Made by a program: the position numbers and the translations under genes. DNA of 64,000 bases from Microthrixaceae bacterium (lineage in GTDB: Bacteria; Actinomycetota; Acidimicrobiia; Acidimicrobiales; Acidimicrobilacustridaceae): the NCBI GenBank assembly GCA_947446975.1, contig CANFHM010000007.1, forward strand, positions 7,459-71,458. Direction: 5' to 3'. Under the pieces are notes generated by a model. It did not search any database, had not been told where the DNA came from, and saw only the letters and a program-made list of their open reading frames with translations. Below are positions 41,912-53,125 of the stretch, piece by piece. Numbering within the stretch: position 1 is the first letter of the stretch; each line of letters starts with the position of its first letter.

Positions 41912-42547
41912 ATGACGCTCCGCCTCGGCGATCTCGCCCCTGACTTCTCCGCCGACACCACTCACGGCACCCTCTCGTTCCACGACTGGAAGGGCGACAG
42001 CTGGGCGGTGCTCTTCTCGCATCCGAAGGACTTCACGCCGGTCTGCACGACCGAACTGGGCACCGTGGCCAAGCTGAAGCCCGAGTGGGACAAGCGCAAC
42101 GTGAAGCCCATCGGCCTCTCGGTCGATCCCGTCGACTCGCACCATCAGTGGGAGGGCGACATCGAGGAGACCCAGGGCCAGGCCGTGAACTTCCCGGTCA
42201 TCGCTGATCCCGACCGTGCCGTGGCCGATCTCTACGACATGATCCACCCGAACGCCAGCGACACCATGACCGTGCGCTCGGTGTTCATCATCGATCCGAC
42301 CAACAAGGTGCGCCTCATCCTCACCTACCCGGCGAGCACCGGTCGCAACTTCGATGAACTGCTCCGGGTCATCGACTCACTGCAGCTCACCGACGGCTAC
42401 AAGGTGGCCACCCCGGCCAACTGGACCGACGGCGGCGACGTCATCGTGGCCCCGGCGCTCTCCGATGAGGAGGCCACCGAGAAGTTCCCGAAGGGCTTCA
42501 CGAAGCTCAAGCCGTACCTCCGGATCACCCCCCAGCCGAACAAGTGA
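41912..42547 (+). CDS. 1-Cys peroxiredoxin (Prx6 type)
   Basis: FSHPKDFTPVCTTE, GRNFDE. Confidence 0.95.
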   Translation: MTLRLGDLAPDFSADTTHGTLSFHDWKGDSWAVLFSHPKDFTPVCTTELGTVAKLKPEWDKRNVKPIGLSVDPVDSHHQWEGDIEETQGQAVNFPVIADPDRAVADLYDMIHPNASDTMTVRSVFIIDPTNKVRLILTYPASTGRNFDELLRVIDSLQLTDGYKVATPANWTDGGDVIVAPALSDEEATEKFPKGFTKLKPYLRITPQPNK

Positions 42548-42589
42548 TCCGGGGCGGCCCGGCCGCCAGCAGCACTGCAGGAACCGTCG

Positions 42590-42614
42590 ACGGGACAGGC
42601 GATGCCTGTCCCGT
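42590..42614 (+). terminator. Hairpin downstream of peroxiredoxin
   Basis: ACGGGACAGGC-GAT-GCCTGTCCCGT, 11-bp stem. Confidence 0.6.
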
Positions 42615-42643
42615 TGCGCGCCCGAACCCGTAGGCTCTGCGGC

Positions 42644-43408
42644 GTGAATGCCACTGAGACCTCTCTTCCGCGCCCCCCGATCACCGATGCCGCTGCTCGC
42701 ACCGTCGATGCATGCAAGGTCTACGGCGCCGGCGACACCCTCGTGAACGCCCTCGACCATGTCACCGTCGAGTTCGAACGGGGGAAGTTCACCGCCATCA
42801 TGGGCCCGTCCGGCAGCGGCAAGTCCACGCTGATGCACTGCGTGGCCGGTCTCGACACCCTCACCTCCGGACAGATCTTCATCGGCGATGTCGATCTCAG
42901 CTCGCTCAACGAGCGGCAGCTCACCCGGCTGCGTCGCGACACCATCGGGTTCGTCTTCCAGTCGTTCAACCTCGTGCCGACGCTGACCGCATCGGAGAAC
43001 ATCACCCTCCCGATGGACCTCGCCGGCACCACGCCCGACGCAACCTGGATCGAGACCATCGTGTCCACCGTCAACCTCGGCGACCGCCTCAGTCACCGGC
43101 CGAGCGAGCTCTCCGGTGGGCAGCAGCAGCGTGTGGCGGTGGCCCGTGCCCTGGCCAGCAAGCCGGCGATCGTGTTCGCCGACGAGCCCACCGGCAACCT
43201 CGACTCCCGCAGCGGCGGCGAGATCCTCAAGTTCATGCGCACCGCCGTCGACCAGTTCGAGCAGTCGATCGTGATGGTCACCCACGACCCGGTGGCCGCC
43301 AGCTACGCCGACCGGGTGGTGTTCCTCGCCGACGGTCGCATCGTGGACGAGATCCTCGACCCCACCGCCGAGGCCGTGCTCGAACGCCAGCTCCGCTTCG
43401 GGGCCTGA
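42644..43408 (+). CDS. ABC transporter ATP-binding protein (MacB/LolD-like)
   Basis: [25 protein letters not shown]; GTG start 7 nt after TAGGCT. Confidence 0.93.
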   Translation: MNATETSLPRPPITDAAARTVDACKVYGAGDTLVNALDHVTVEFERGKFTAIMGPSGSGKSTLMHCVAGLDTLTSGQIFIGDVDLSSLNERQLTRLRRDTIGFVFQSFNLVPTLTASENITLPMDLAGTTPDATWIETIVSTVNLGDRLSHRPSELSGGQQQRVAVARALASKPAIVFADEPTGNLDSRSGGEILKFMRTAVDQFEQSIVMVTHDPVAASYADRVVFLADGRIVDEILDPTAEAVLERQLRFGA

Positions 43409-43409
43409 C

Positions 43410-45968
43410 ATGTTCAAGGTCACCCTGCGAGGTCTGCTCGCGCACAAGGTCAGGCTCATCGCCACGGGCGTCGCCGTCATCCTCGGCGTGGCGTTCATGG
43501 CCGGCACCCAGGTGCTCACCTCGAGCATCAGCGCCAGCTTCGACAAGATCTTCTCCGACGTCTACTCCTCGATCGACGTCGTCGTCCGCTCGAACAACGA
43601 GGTGCAGACCCCGTTCGGATCGCAGCGCGATCGCATCTCCGACACCGTGGTGCCCACCGTCCAGGAGGTGCCCGGCGTCGATGCCGCCGAGGGTCAGGTG
43701 TTCGGCCAGATCCGGGTGCTCGGCAAGGACAACAAGCCGCTCGTGCAGGCCCAGGGCCCGCCGAACTTCCTGCTCAACTGGCTCACCTCGCCGTCTCTCA
43801 ACGGCTGGAACCTGGTGGACGGCACGGCGCCCGCCGGTGCCGATCAGGTGGTGCTCGACGCCAAGTCCGCCAAGGACGGCGGCTTCGCCGTCGGCGACAC
43901 CGTCTCGATCCTCGTGACCCAGGGAGTCCAGCAGTTCCGTGTCGTGGGTGTTGCGAAGTTCGGCAAGCTCGACACCTGGGGCGGGGCGCAGGCTGCGCTC
44001 TTCGACACCGCCACGGCCCAGACGCTGGTCGGTCAGCCGGGGACCTTCGACTGGATCTCGGTCTCGGGCGACGAAGGCGTCTCGCAGACCACGCTGACCG
44101 AACGCGTCGCCGAGGTCATCCCCGCCGACACCGAGGCCATCACCGGCAAGGCGTTCACCTCCGAGAATCAGGACGCCTTCCAGAAGATCATCGGCATCTT
44201 CAACACGTTCCTGCTGGTGTTCGCCCTGATCGCCCTGTTCGTCGGATCGTTCATCATCTACAACACGTTCTCGATCATCGTCGCCCAGCGCACCAAGGAA
44301 CTGGCCCTGCTGCGGGCCCTCGGAGCGAGCCGGCGTCAGGTCCTGACCTCGGTGATGCTCGAGGCGTTCGTCGTCGGTCTGCTGGCCTCGGCCATCGGCG
44401 TCGGACTCGGTGTGCTGCTGGCCATCGGCCTCAACGCACTCATGGAGTCGATCGGCTTCTCCGCCCCCGACACGCCGATCGTCGTCCCGATCACGGCGAT
44501 CTCCTCCTCGATCTTCACCGGCACGATCATCACCCTGCTGTCGGCGATCCTCCCGGCTCGTCGTGCCGCATCGATCGCCCCCATCGCCGCCATGCGCGAT
44601 GTCGCCGTCGAATCCACCCGGACCTCCCGACGACGCATCGTCCTCGGGGCGCTGCTGCTGCTCGGTGGCGCGGCGTCGCTGTGGTCCGGGCTCTACGGCA
44701 GCACCGACGCCGGCCTGCAGCTCGTGGGCTTCGGCGCCTTCCTCGTGTTCATGGGGTTCACCGTTGTCGGTCCGGTCACCGCCGGCCCGATGGCCCGACT
44801 GCTCGGATGGCCGATGGCCCGCTTCGGCGGCGTGGCCAGTCGGATCGCCCGGGAGAACGCCATGCGCAACCCCAAGCGCACCGCCACCACGGCGTCGGCA
44901 CTCATGATCGGGGTCGGCCTCGTCGGGTTCATCTCGGTCACGGCCCAGTCGCTCAAGGTGTCGGTGGTCGACGCCATCGACAACTCGATCACGGCGCAGT
45001 ACGTCGTCACCACCGACAGCTTCGGTGCCACGGCCCTGCCGCTGACCCTCACCGGACGGATCACCGCCCTCCCCGAGGTGAGGACCGCTGCGGCGGTGAG
45101 CGCCAGCTTCGCCAACATCGAGGGCGACGCGAAGGTCATCCTCGGCACCGATCCAGCTGCGCTCGAGCAGGTGGTCGCCATCACCGATGTGGCCGGCTCG
45201 TTCGCCGGGCTCACCGACACCGGCGTGGCCATCCCGAAGAAGATGGCCGAGGACAAGAAGCTGTCGGTCGGCGACACGCTGGCGGTGAGCTTCCTGCACG
45301 GCGGGCCATCACAGCTCACCGTCGAGTCGATCTACGACACCCGGTTCCCGATCCAGGGTCCCGGCTACTTCATCAACACCCAGCTGTTCACCCAGGTCAC
45401 GCCGCCCGATCAGCAGACCGCCCAGTCGATCTACGTGGGATTGGACGACACCAGCGATGCGGGCATCGCCGAGGCCCGCGAGCCGCTCGACCAGCTCATC
45501 TCCACCGTGCCCGGAGCGAAGCTGCAGAGCATCAAGGAGTTCACGAAGGCCCAGACCGATCAGGCGAACCAGTTCCTGCTCGTCGTCTACGTGCTGCTGG
45601 CCCTCGCGCTCATCATCGCCATCATCGGGGTGATCAACACGCTGCTGCTGTCGGTCTATGAACGCACCCGTGAACTCGGACTGCTCCGTGCTGTCGGCAT
45701 GAGCCGTCGACAGGTGCGCTCCAGCATCCGATCCGAATCGGTGATCATCAGCCTCATCGGCACCATCATCGGCCTGGGCATCGGTCTCGTGTTCGGCTGG
45801 GCCCTCGTCCAGGCACTCTCCGACCAGGGGATCACCTCCTTCGCCATCCCGTGGTCGCAGCTCATCATCATCGTGATCATCGCCGCCCTCGCCGGCGTGG
45901 GCGCAGCCCTCTACCCCGCCCGACGCGCCGCTCGTCTCGACGTGCTCCGCGCCATCTCCTCGGAGTGA
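43410..45968 (+). CDS. ABC transporter permease (duplicated FtsX/MacB-like)
   Basis: QRTKELALLRALGA and ERTRELGLLRAVGM repeats. Confidence 0.92.
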   Translation: MFKVTLRGLLAHKVRLIATGVAVILGVAFMAGTQVLTSSISASFDKIFSDVYSSIDVVVRSNNEVQTPFGSQRDRISDTVVPTVQEVPGVDAAEGQVFGQIRVLGKDNKPLVQAQGPPNFLLNWLTSPSLNGWNLVDGTAPAGADQVVLDAKSAKDGGFAVGDTVSILVTQGVQQFRVVGVAKFGKLDTWGGAQAALFDTATAQTLVGQPGTFDWISVSGDEGVSQTTLTERVAEVIPADTEAITGKAFTSENQDAFQKIIGIFNTFLLVFALIALFVGSFIIYNTFSIIVAQRTKELALLRALGASRRQVLTSVMLEAFVVGLLASAIGVGLGVLLAIGLNALMESIGFSAPDTPIVVPITAISSSIFTGTIITLLSAILPARRAASIAPIAAMRDVAVESTRTSRRRIVLGALLLLGGAASLWSGLYGSTDAGLQLVGFGAFLVFMGFTVVGPVTAGPMARLLGWPMARFGGVASRIARENAMRNPKRTATTASALMIGVGLVGFISVTAQSLKVSVVDAIDNSITAQYVVTTDSFGATALPLTLTGRITALPEVRTAAAVSASFANIEGDAKVILGTDPAALEQVVAITDVAGSFAGLTDTGVAIPKKMAEDKKLSVGDTLAVSFLHGGPSQLTVESIYDTRFPIQGPGYFINTQLFTQVTPPDQQTAQSIYVGLDDTSDAGIAEAREPLDQLISTVPGAKLQSIKEFTKAQTDQANQFLLVVYVLLALALIIAIIGVINTLLLSVYERTRELGLLRAVGMSRRQVRSSIRSESVIISLIGTIIGLGIGLVFGWALVQALSDQGITSFAIPWSQLIIIVIIAALAGVGAALYPARRAARLDVLRAISSE

Positions 45969-45972
45969 CCTG

Positions 45973-46368
45973 ATGGCCCACGATCCTGCCGATCTCGCCC
46001 CCGAGGTCACCACCTTCGTCACCGAACGTCATCTCGCCACCCTCACCACCATGCGGGCCGACGGCACGCCGCATGTGGTCGCAGTGGGCTTCACCTGGGA
46101 TCCCGAGGAGCAGCTCGTGCGGGTCATCACCTGGGCCGGAAGCCGCAAGGCCCGCAACGTCGCCCAGGCGCAGGGGAGCCCCGCGGCCGTGTGCCAGGTG
46201 GACGGCGGCCGCTGGCTCACCATGGAGGGGCGGGCCACCGTCACCGCTGATCCTGAGCGCGTCGCCATCGCCGTCGAGCGCTACGCCGGGCGCTATCGCC
46301 AGCCCAAGGAACGCGACGACCGGGTCGTGATCGAGATCGCCGTCGACCGGGTGCTGGGTCGGGCCTGA
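45973..46368 (+). CDS. PPOX-class, probably F420-dependent, oxidoreductase
   Basis: ATLTTMRADGTPHVVAVGF, RKARNV. Confidence 0.85.
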   Translation: MAHDPADLAPEVTTFVTERHLATLTTMRADGTPHVVAVGFTWDPEEQLVRVITWAGSRKARNVAQAQGSPAAVCQVDGGRWLTMEGRATVTADPERVAIAVERYAGRYRQPKERDDRVVIEIAVDRVLGRA

Positions 46369-46433
46369 CACCGGCGAACAACCGGGAGAACAGCCCGGGT
46401 CGACCGTCGGCGTCCTCCCGTAGACTCCCGTCC

Positions 46434-47114
46434 ATGGCGCCCCAGACCCAACGTGAATGGCATCCGGCCTTCGAGGAGTACTGCGAGGCCATCTTCGAAC
46501 TTCGCGAGGACGATGTCGCCGTCATCCAGGCCCGGATCGCCGAACGTCTCGATGTCTCGCGTCCGGCCGTCTCCGAGATGATCAAACGGATGGACAAGGC
46601 CGGGATCGTCACGATCGACAACGGCACCATCCGCCTCACCGCCGACGGCCTGTCCCTCGCCGAGACCGTCGTGCGCCGCCATCGTCTCGCCGAGCGGTTC
46701 CTCACCGACATGCTCGGGCTGTCCTGGGCCGACGCCCATGTCGAGGCCGGCCGCTGGGAGCACGTCATCTCCCCCACCGTCGAGGCGGCGATGACCCGGG
46801 CCCTCGGTGCGCCCACCACCTGTCCGCACGGCAATCCCATCCCGGGCACCGACTACAGCGCCCCCGACACCGTGAGCCTCGACCAGCTCGTGGTCGGTGC
46901 CGGTTTCATCGTGTCGCGCATCCCCGAGGAGCTGGAGTTCACCCCGGGCCTGCTCGAGTTCCTCGAACTCTCCTCGCTGCTGCCCGGCCATCGTGGAACG
47001 GTCGCCGCCACCACCGGCCCCGCCGGCGCCTCGGGGACCACCGTGGAGATCGACGGACGGCTCGTCGAGATCGACGAGTTCGCCAGCACCCGGATCCTGG
47101 TGCGCGCCGTCTAG
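46434..47114 (+). CDS. DtxR/IdeR/MntR-family metal-dependent repressor
   Basis: EEY..I..L, HTH, RRHRLAERFL, RWEH, CPHGNPIP, FeoA-like C-terminus. Confidence 0.92.
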   Translation: MAPQTQREWHPAFEEYCEAIFELREDDVAVIQARIAERLDVSRPAVSEMIKRMDKAGIVTIDNGTIRLTADGLSLAETVVRRHRLAERFLTDMLGLSWADAHVEAGRWEHVISPTVEAAMTRALGAPTTCPHGNPIPGTDYSAPDTVSLDQLVVGAGFIVSRIPEELEFTPGLLEFLELSSLLPGHRGTVAATTGPAGASGTTVEIDGRLVEIDEFASTRILVRAV

Positions 47115-49258
47115 GGCAGCAACGATGCCGGCAGCGGTGCCTCATGCACCACGGCCAGACGCTTCGTGGCCCGGGTGAGCGCCACGTAGAGCGCCCGATC
47201 CCCCTGTGCCTGCTCGGCCACCATCAGCGCCGGTTCCACCACGATGGCGGCGTCGACCTCGAGACCCTTGACGAGTCCGACCTCCACCACGGTGACCCGA
47301 TGCTCGAGACCGTTGCGGGTGGCCCGGCCGAACGCGATGTCGGCGCGTTCGAGCGACTCGCAGATCTCGTCGATGATCGAGGGCGGACAGATGATCGCCA
47401 CCTGACCGGGATCCACCTCGGCGCGCTCCACGAGGGTGATCTCGGCCACGGCCCGGGCGAGATTGCCGGGGGTGGCCCGGGAGATCGTGGGCTCGGCGCC
47501 GTCCTCGCGCACCGAGCGGGGCGGGAGGAGATCGGGAGCGGCATGACGCAGCACCCGCGCCGCCAGCGCCATGATCGGCGCCGGGAGCCGGTAGCCGAGG
47601 GTGAGCTCGGCCCGATGTGGGGGACGGCGGGCCGGGAGACGGTCGAGGATCTCCTGCCATGAGCTGTGTGCCCACTGGCCGGTGGCCTGGGCGATGTCGC
47701 CGACGATGGTCATCGATCCGTTGAGGGAGCGGCGCTCGAGCATGCGCAGCTGCATCGGGGAGAGATCCTGGGCCTCATCCACCACGATGTGGCCGTAGGT
47801 GCGGATCTCGTCGTCCTCGGCGCTCTCGCCGGGGCGACGCCGACGGGGCTTCGGGCCGAGCAGGGCGCGGGCCTCGTCGAGCAGCGGAGCGTCCTCATGG
47901 GTCCAGGGCACCTCGCGCAGCGACTCCGACCAGGGTCGGTGCAGGGCCGACCACTCGGGTTCGGACAGCACCCCGTCTGCGGCATGACGCAGCAGTCCGC
48001 GTGCGCCGAGGAGATCGTGGAGGAACTGCTGCGGGGTGAGGATCGGCCACATCCATTCCAGGGCCTCGCGGACGAGCGGATCACGGCGGAGCCGTTCACG
48101 CACCTCGGAGGCGGGGATCTCGTCGCGGGAGGAGAGCGCCAGTTCGGCGAAGACCTCGTTCTCGACGAACCGACGGGCGGCGTTGTGGCGACGATGACGA
48201 CGGCGGGCGTCGCGGATGATCTCGAGGCTGCGGTCGCGGCGCAGCGTGAGACGCTGCAGGCCGTATCCGACGACGAGATCGGTGCGCAGGGGCCGCTCGC
48301 GATCCCGAAGGGCGCGTTCGAGGAAGCGCACCATGCGGGGATCGCCCTTGACCCGGGCGGTGGCGCCGGTGTCGTAGGAACGGATGCTCACATCGGGCAC
48401 GAGGTCGGCCAGCACGGCCAGTTCGACACCGGCCTCGCCCAGCGACGGCAGCACCTGTTCGATGTACCCGAGGAACAGACGGTTGGGGCCGATGACGAGC
48501 ACACCCTGTCCCTCGAGCGGGAAGCGATGGGTGTAGAGCAGGTAGGCCGCTCGGTGCAGCGCCACGACGGTCTTGCCGGTGCCGGGACCTCCCTGCACCA
48601 CGAGCACACCGGGGAGCGGGGCGCGGATGATCTCGTCCTGCTCACCCTGGATGGTGGCCACGATGTCGCCAAGTCGGCCGGTGCGGGCTGTCTCGAGCGC
48701 ACTGAACAGGGCGCCCTGGCCGGCGACCATCGGTGCCTCGTCGCTCGGGGGCATGCCCAGACTGGCCAGGGTGTCACCGAAGAGTTCGTCCTCGATGCCG
48801 AGCAGTTGCCGGCCGCGGGTGGCGAAGTGGCGGCGACGGGCGAGACCCATCGGCTGGCGACCGGTGGCCCGGTAGAAGGGTTCGGCGATCGGTGCCCGCC
48901 AGTCGACGATGACGGGATCCTGTGCGCTGTTCGAGACGGCGATACGTCCGATGTAGAAGCTCTCGACGCCCGGACCGTCGAGATCAGCAGCAGTGACCGC
49001 TTCGGTGCCGGAACCGGCGTCGAGCTCCTTGTCGATCCGACCGAAGCACAGGGCGGCATCGCCGAGCTGCAGCTGGGTGAGGCGGTTCACGACCGTGTCG
49101 TAGATGACCTCGCGCTCGTACCGGGCCTGTTCGGTGCCCCCGCGACCGACCTCGACCATCGAGGTGAGACGGCTGGCGGCCAGGCGGGATTCGTCGAGAC
49201 ACGCGTAGGCGTCATCGATGTAGGCCTGCTCGGCGATCAGATCGGGGTGTGGAGCCAT
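47111..49258 (-). CDS. HelD-family SF1 helicase-like ATPase
   Basis: FYIGR, DWRAP, IVATIQGEQD, GGPGTGKT, DEAQD, KGLE, LYVALTRAT. Confidence 0.88.
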   Translation of the reverse strand: MAPHPDLIAEQAYIDDAYACLDESRLAASRLTSMVEVGRGGTEQARYEREVIYDTVVNRLTQLQLGDAALCFGRIDKELDAGSGTEAVTAADLDGPGVESFYIGRIAVSNSAQDPVIVDWRAPIAEPFYRATGRQPMGLARRRHFATRGRQLLGIEDELFGDTLASLGMPPSDEAPMVAGQGALFSALETARTGRLGDIVATIQGEQDEIIRAPLPGVLVVQGGPGTGKTVVALHRAAYLLYTHRFPLEGQGVLVIGPNRLFLGYIEQVLPSLGEAGVELAVLADLVPDVSIRSYDTGATARVKGDPRMVRFLERALRDRERPLRTDLVVGYGLQRLTLRRDRSLEIIRDARRRHRRHNAARRFVENEVFAELALSSRDEIPASEVRERLRRDPLVREALEWMWPILTPQQFLHDLLGARGLLRHAADGVLSEPEWSALHRPWSESLREVPWTHEDAPLLDEARALLGPKPRRRRPGESAEDDEIRTYGHIVVDEAQDLSPMQLRMLERRSLNGSMTIVGDIAQATGQWAHSSWQEILDRLPARRPPHRAELTLGYRLPAPIMALAARVLRHAAPDLLPPRSVREDGAEPTISRATPGNLARAVAEITLVERAEVDPGQVAIICPPSIIDEICESLERADIAFGRATRNGLEHRVTVVEVGLVKGLEVDAAIVVEPALMVAEQAQGDRALYVALTRATKRLAVVHEAPLPASLLP

Positions 49259-49444
49259 GGGCTGCCTCGGGACGGGATGGGACCATCTGGGGCACCACGA
49301 CGCCGTGTCGTCGACGCTGCGGACCTGCCGATGGGGATCGGCAATGCTACCCGCGGCCGCAACCACCTCCCACGGGCCGACCTCCCGCACCCGGCCCCGA
49401 GGGTCGGATTCTCACTCCGGTGGGTCGGTCGGTAGCGTGGCGCC

Positions 49445-50551
49445 GTGCCCAACCCTCCTGCGCCGACCCCACCTGACTCCCCCGAGCCGCTGCCGGCGTT
49501 CCTGCGGGCCTGCCGGGGCATCCCGGGTGGCCCCGGTGATCGGGTGCCGGTGTGGTTCATGCGACAGGCCGGTCGATCACTGCCGGAGTACCGATCGATC
49601 CGGGGGTCCGGCAGCATCCTCGAGGCCATCGCCGATCCCGAGCTCTCCGCCGAGATCACGCTGCAGCCGGTGCGTCGCTACGGCGTGGATGCAGCCATCC
49701 TCTACTCCGACATCGTCGTCCCCGCCGCCGCCATCGGGTTCGGTGTGGATGTCGCCCCCGGCATCGGCCCTGTGGTCGAGCAGCCCTTCGAACGCACCGC
49801 CGATCTCGAGCGCCTCCGCCCGCTGGAACCCGAGCTCGACACGCCCTATGTGCTCGAGACCGTCCGCATCCTCGCCCGTGAGCTCACCGTGCCGCTCATC
49901 GGATTCGCCGGCGCCCCCTTCACCGTGGCGAGCTATCTGATCGAGGGACGGCCCTCGCGCACCTACACCCGTACCAAGGCGCTCATGCACGGCGACCCCA
50001 CCCTGTGGCATGCCCTGATGGAGCGGCTGGCCGAGATGGCGATCGTGTCGCTGCGGTCCCAGATCGCGAACGGTGCGGTCGCACTGCAGATCTTCGATTC
50101 CTGGGCCGGTGCGCTCGCCCCGCCCGACTACGAGCGATTCGTGCTCCCGCACAGCCGACGGGTGTTCGAGGGGGTCGCCGATCTCGGCGTCCCGCGCATC
50201 CACTTCGGAGTGGGCACCGGCGAGCTGCTCGGGCTCATGGCCGATGCGGGCGCCGATGTCGTGGGTGTCGACTGGCGGGTCCCGATCGATGTGGCCCGCA
50301 CCCGGGTCCCGGCCGGCATCGCCCTGCAGGGGAACCTCGATCCGGCGCTGTGCTTCGCCCCATGGGAGGTCACCGCCGAGGCCACTCGTGATGTCCTTCG
50401 CCGCAACGCCGGACACCCCGGTCATATCTTCAACCTCGGCCATGGCGTCATGCCCGAGACTGATCCCGGCGTGCTCGAACGCGTCGTCGAACTCGTCCAC
50501 ACCGAAGGCCGCTGCGACGGCACCATCGCCCCGGAGGGCAGCACTCCATGA
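49445..50551 (+). CDS. hemE: Uroporphyrinogen decarboxylase
   Basis: [30 protein letters not shown]. Confidence 0.96.
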   Translation: MPNPPAPTPPDSPEPLPAFLRACRGIPGGPGDRVPVWFMRQAGRSLPEYRSIRGSGSILEAIADPELSAEITLQPVRRYGVDAAILYSDIVVPAAAIGFGVDVAPGIGPVVEQPFERTADLERLRPLEPELDTPYVLETVRILARELTVPLIGFAGAPFTVASYLIEGRPSRTYTRTKALMHGDPTLWHALMERLAEMAIVSLRSQIANGAVALQIFDSWAGALAPPDYERFVLPHSRRVFEGVADLGVPRIHFGVGTGELLGLMADAGADVVGVDWRVPIDVARTRVPAGIALQGNLDPALCFAPWEVTAEATRDVLRRNAGHPGHIFNLGHGVMPETDPGVLERVVELVHTEGRCDGTIAPEGSTP

Positions 50552-51465
50552 CCACGACCGACCAGCGTCTCGGCCTCATCGTGATGGCCTACGGCACGCC
50601 CCGCACACCGGCGGAGATCGAGCCCTACTACGTGCATATCCGCAGGGGACGGCCGCCCACCCCCGAGCAGCTCGCTGATCTCATCAGCCGGTACGAGGCC
50701 ATCGGCGGGATCTCCCCGCTGGCCCAGCGCACCGAGGCCCAGCGGGCCGCGCTCGAAGCCGGGCTCGAGGCCGCCATGCCCGGTCGTTGGCGGGTGGTGC
50801 TCGGCCAGAAGCATGCCGCCCCGTTCATCGAGGACGCCGTGGCCGAACTGGCCGCCGAGGGCATCACCGAGGCCGTCGGTCTCGTGCTGGCCCCGCACTT
50901 CTCCGGTTTCAGCGTGGGCGAGTACCAGCGCCGGGCGGCCGAGGCCGGCGCCGAGGTCGGGCTCACCGTGCACGGGATCGAGAACTGGCATCTCGAACCC
51001 ACCTACCTCGACTTCCTCACCGCCGCAGTGGCCGACGCCCGCATCGGACAGCCCGAACGCCATCGGGTGCTGTTCACCGCCCATTCCCTGCCCGAACGCG
51101 TGCTCGTGGACGATCCCTATCCCGAGGAGCTCGCCGCCAGCGCCGCCGCCGTGGCCGGCCGCCTCGATCTCCCCGACTGGGGTCTCGCCTGGCAGAGCGC
51201 CGGTCGCACCCCGGAACCGTGGCGGGGGCCCGACATCCTCGACGTCATGCGTGAACTGGCCGCCACCGACGCCACCGATGGCGTGGTCGTCTGTGCCCAG
51301 GGGTTCACCGCCGACCATCTCGAGGTGCTCTACGACCTCGACATCGAGGCGGCGCAGCTCGCCGACGAACTCGGCCTGGCGTTCTCCCGCACCCGATCGC
51401 TCAACGACGAGTCGGCAGTGATGACCGCGCTCGCCCATCGGGTCATCGCCGCCGCCGGTCTGTGA
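50548..51465 (+). CDS. hemH: Ferrochelatase (probably coproporphyrin ferrochelatase)
   Basis: [34 protein letters not shown]. Confidence 0.93.
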   Translation: MTTTDQRLGLIVMAYGTPRTPAEIEPYYVHIRRGRPPTPEQLADLISRYEAIGGISPLAQRTEAQRAALEAGLEAAMPGRWRVVLGQKHAAPFIEDAVAELAAEGITEAVGLVLAPHFSGFSVGEYQRRAAEAGAEVGLTVHGIENWHLEPTYLDFLTAAVADARIGQPERHRVLFTAHSLPERVLVDDPYPEELAASAAAVAGRLDLPDWGLAWQSAGRTPEPWRGPDILDVMRELAATDATDGVVVCAQGFTADHLEVLYDLDIEAAQLADELGLAFSRTRSLNDESAVMTALAHRVIAAAGL

Positions 51466-51475
51466 CCCCACGCCG

Positions 51476-52930
51476 ATGACCGCACCCGGTGGTGCCCATA
51501 TCGTCGTGATCGGCGCAGGTGTCGCCGGACTCACCACCGCCCATTCGCTGCTCCCGGACGCCATGAGCGCCGATGGCGCACCGCCCCGTCGTGTCACGGT
51601 GCTCGAGGCCGCACCCCGGGTCGGCGGTCGCATCGAGTCGGGGCCGTTCGCCGGTCATGTCGTCGACTGCGGGGCCGACGCCTTCCTGGCGCGGGTGCCC
51701 GATGCGGTCGAGCTGTGCCGTGAACTCGGTCTCGACCACCTCCTCACCTCGCCGGCCAGCTCCAGTGCACGGGTCTGGACCGCCGGCGCACTCCGGCCCC
51801 TGCCCACCGGACTGGTCCTCGGCGTGCCCGCCGATCTCGACTCCCTCGCCGCGTCGGGGATCATCAGCCCGGCGGGTGTCGCCCGTGCCGCACTCGATCT
51901 CGAGCGCACCGACTGGGCCGATGGCGCGCCCGGACCCGATCCCGAGGGGGCCGATGATCAGTCCGTGGGTCGGCTCATCCGCTCCCGCCTCGGCGATGAG
52001 GTGTTCGAACGTCTGGTGGCGCCCCTGCTGGCCGGGGTCAACGCCGGTGATGCCGATCAGCTCAGCCTCGCCGCCGGCGCCGCCCAGCTCGCCGCTGCTG
52101 CACGCATCCACCCCAGCCTGATCCTCTCGCTGCGCCGACAGCTGGAATCCGCCCGGTCCTCCGGGGCCGACCCCGACGCCCCTGTGTTCAACGGCCTGCC
52201 CGGTGGGACGCAGCTGCTCACCGACACCCTGCACGCCCGGATCCTCGAGCGCGGCGGCGAGGTCCGATGCTCCTCACCGGTGTCCGGCCTGCAGCGCACC
52301 GACGGCGGATGGCGGGTCATCACCGCCGATGCCACCCTCGATGCCGATGCAGTGGTGATCGCCGCACCGGCGCCCACTGCCGCCGCGCTCCTCGCCCCCT
52401 TCGCCCCCGAGGGCGCCGCCGGACTCGCCGCCCTCGAGTACGCATCGGTCGCCATGATCACCGTCGCCGTGCCCCGCCGGGCGATGACCTGCGATCTCGA
52501 CGGCAGCGGGTTCCTCGTGGCCCTCACCGATCGACTCCCGGCGCTGACCGCCTGCTCCTGGGCCTCGTCGAAATGGGCCCATCTGGCCGATCCGGACACC
52601 GCCATCCTGCGTGTGTCGGCCGGTCGCCACGGTGACACCGCCGCCCTCGAACTCGACGACGATGCGCTCGCCGCGGCGATCCACCGGGACCTGCGCACCA
52701 CCATGGGACTCGACGCCGCCTTCGGCGAGTGCCGCATCACCCGTTGGAACGATGCGCTGCCGCAGTTCCGGGCCGGACATCTGGGTCGGGTGCGGGCGTT
52801 GCGGGAGGAACTCGATGCTGGCGCCCCCGGTCTGACTGTGACAGGAGCCGCTCACGAGGGTCTCGGCATCCCGGCATGCATCCGGCAGGCCCGAGCCGCC
52901 GCCACACACCTCGCTGAACAGGGCTTTTGA
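51476..52930 (+). CDS. hemY: Copro/protoporphyrinogen oxidase (HemY type)
   Basis: GAGVAG FAD motif, GADAFLAR, GLGIPACI. Confidence 0.9.
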   Translation: MTAPGGAHIVVIGAGVAGLTTAHSLLPDAMSADGAPPRRVTVLEAAPRVGGRIESGPFAGHVVDCGADAFLARVPDAVELCRELGLDHLLTSPASSSARVWTAGALRPLPTGLVLGVPADLDSLAASGIISPAGVARAALDLERTDWADGAPGPDPEGADDQSVGRLIRSRLGDEVFERLVAPLLAGVNAGDADQLSLAAGAAQLAAAARIHPSLILSLRRQLESARSSGADPDAPVFNGLPGGTQLLTDTLHARILERGGEVRCSSPVSGLQRTDGGWRVITADATLDADAVVIAAPAPTAAALLAPFAPEGAAGLAALEYASVAMITVAVPRRAMTCDLDGSGFLVALTDRLPALTACSWASSKWAHLADPDTAILRVSAGRHGDTAALELDDDALAAAIHRDLRTTMGLDAAFGECRITRWNDALPQFRAGHLGRVRALREELDAGAPGLTVTGAAHEGLGIPACIRQARAAATHLAEQGF

Positions 52931-53125
52931 CGCGAATCCGGCGAAATCGACCGTCGGATCGGGCTCCCGGACGAGCGTGTGGTCGCGGTCGAACATGACA
53001 GGAATGGCGGAAATGTTACGGATCGCGTTGCATCTCCGCGACAGAACTGCAACACTTTCGCAACAATGCGAGCCCATCTGCTGTTCCCACTGCCGAACTG
53101 GCCGCACACCCTGATCCGTCGTCGG

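Noticed and set aside
49259-49444. Rifamycin-associated element upstream of the HelD-like gene (HelR)
   Set aside because: No such inverted repeat visible
52931-53125. c-di-AMP riboswitch upstream of NlpC/P60
   Set aside because: Region is relatively AT-rich, but I cannot identify the conserved riboswitch elements
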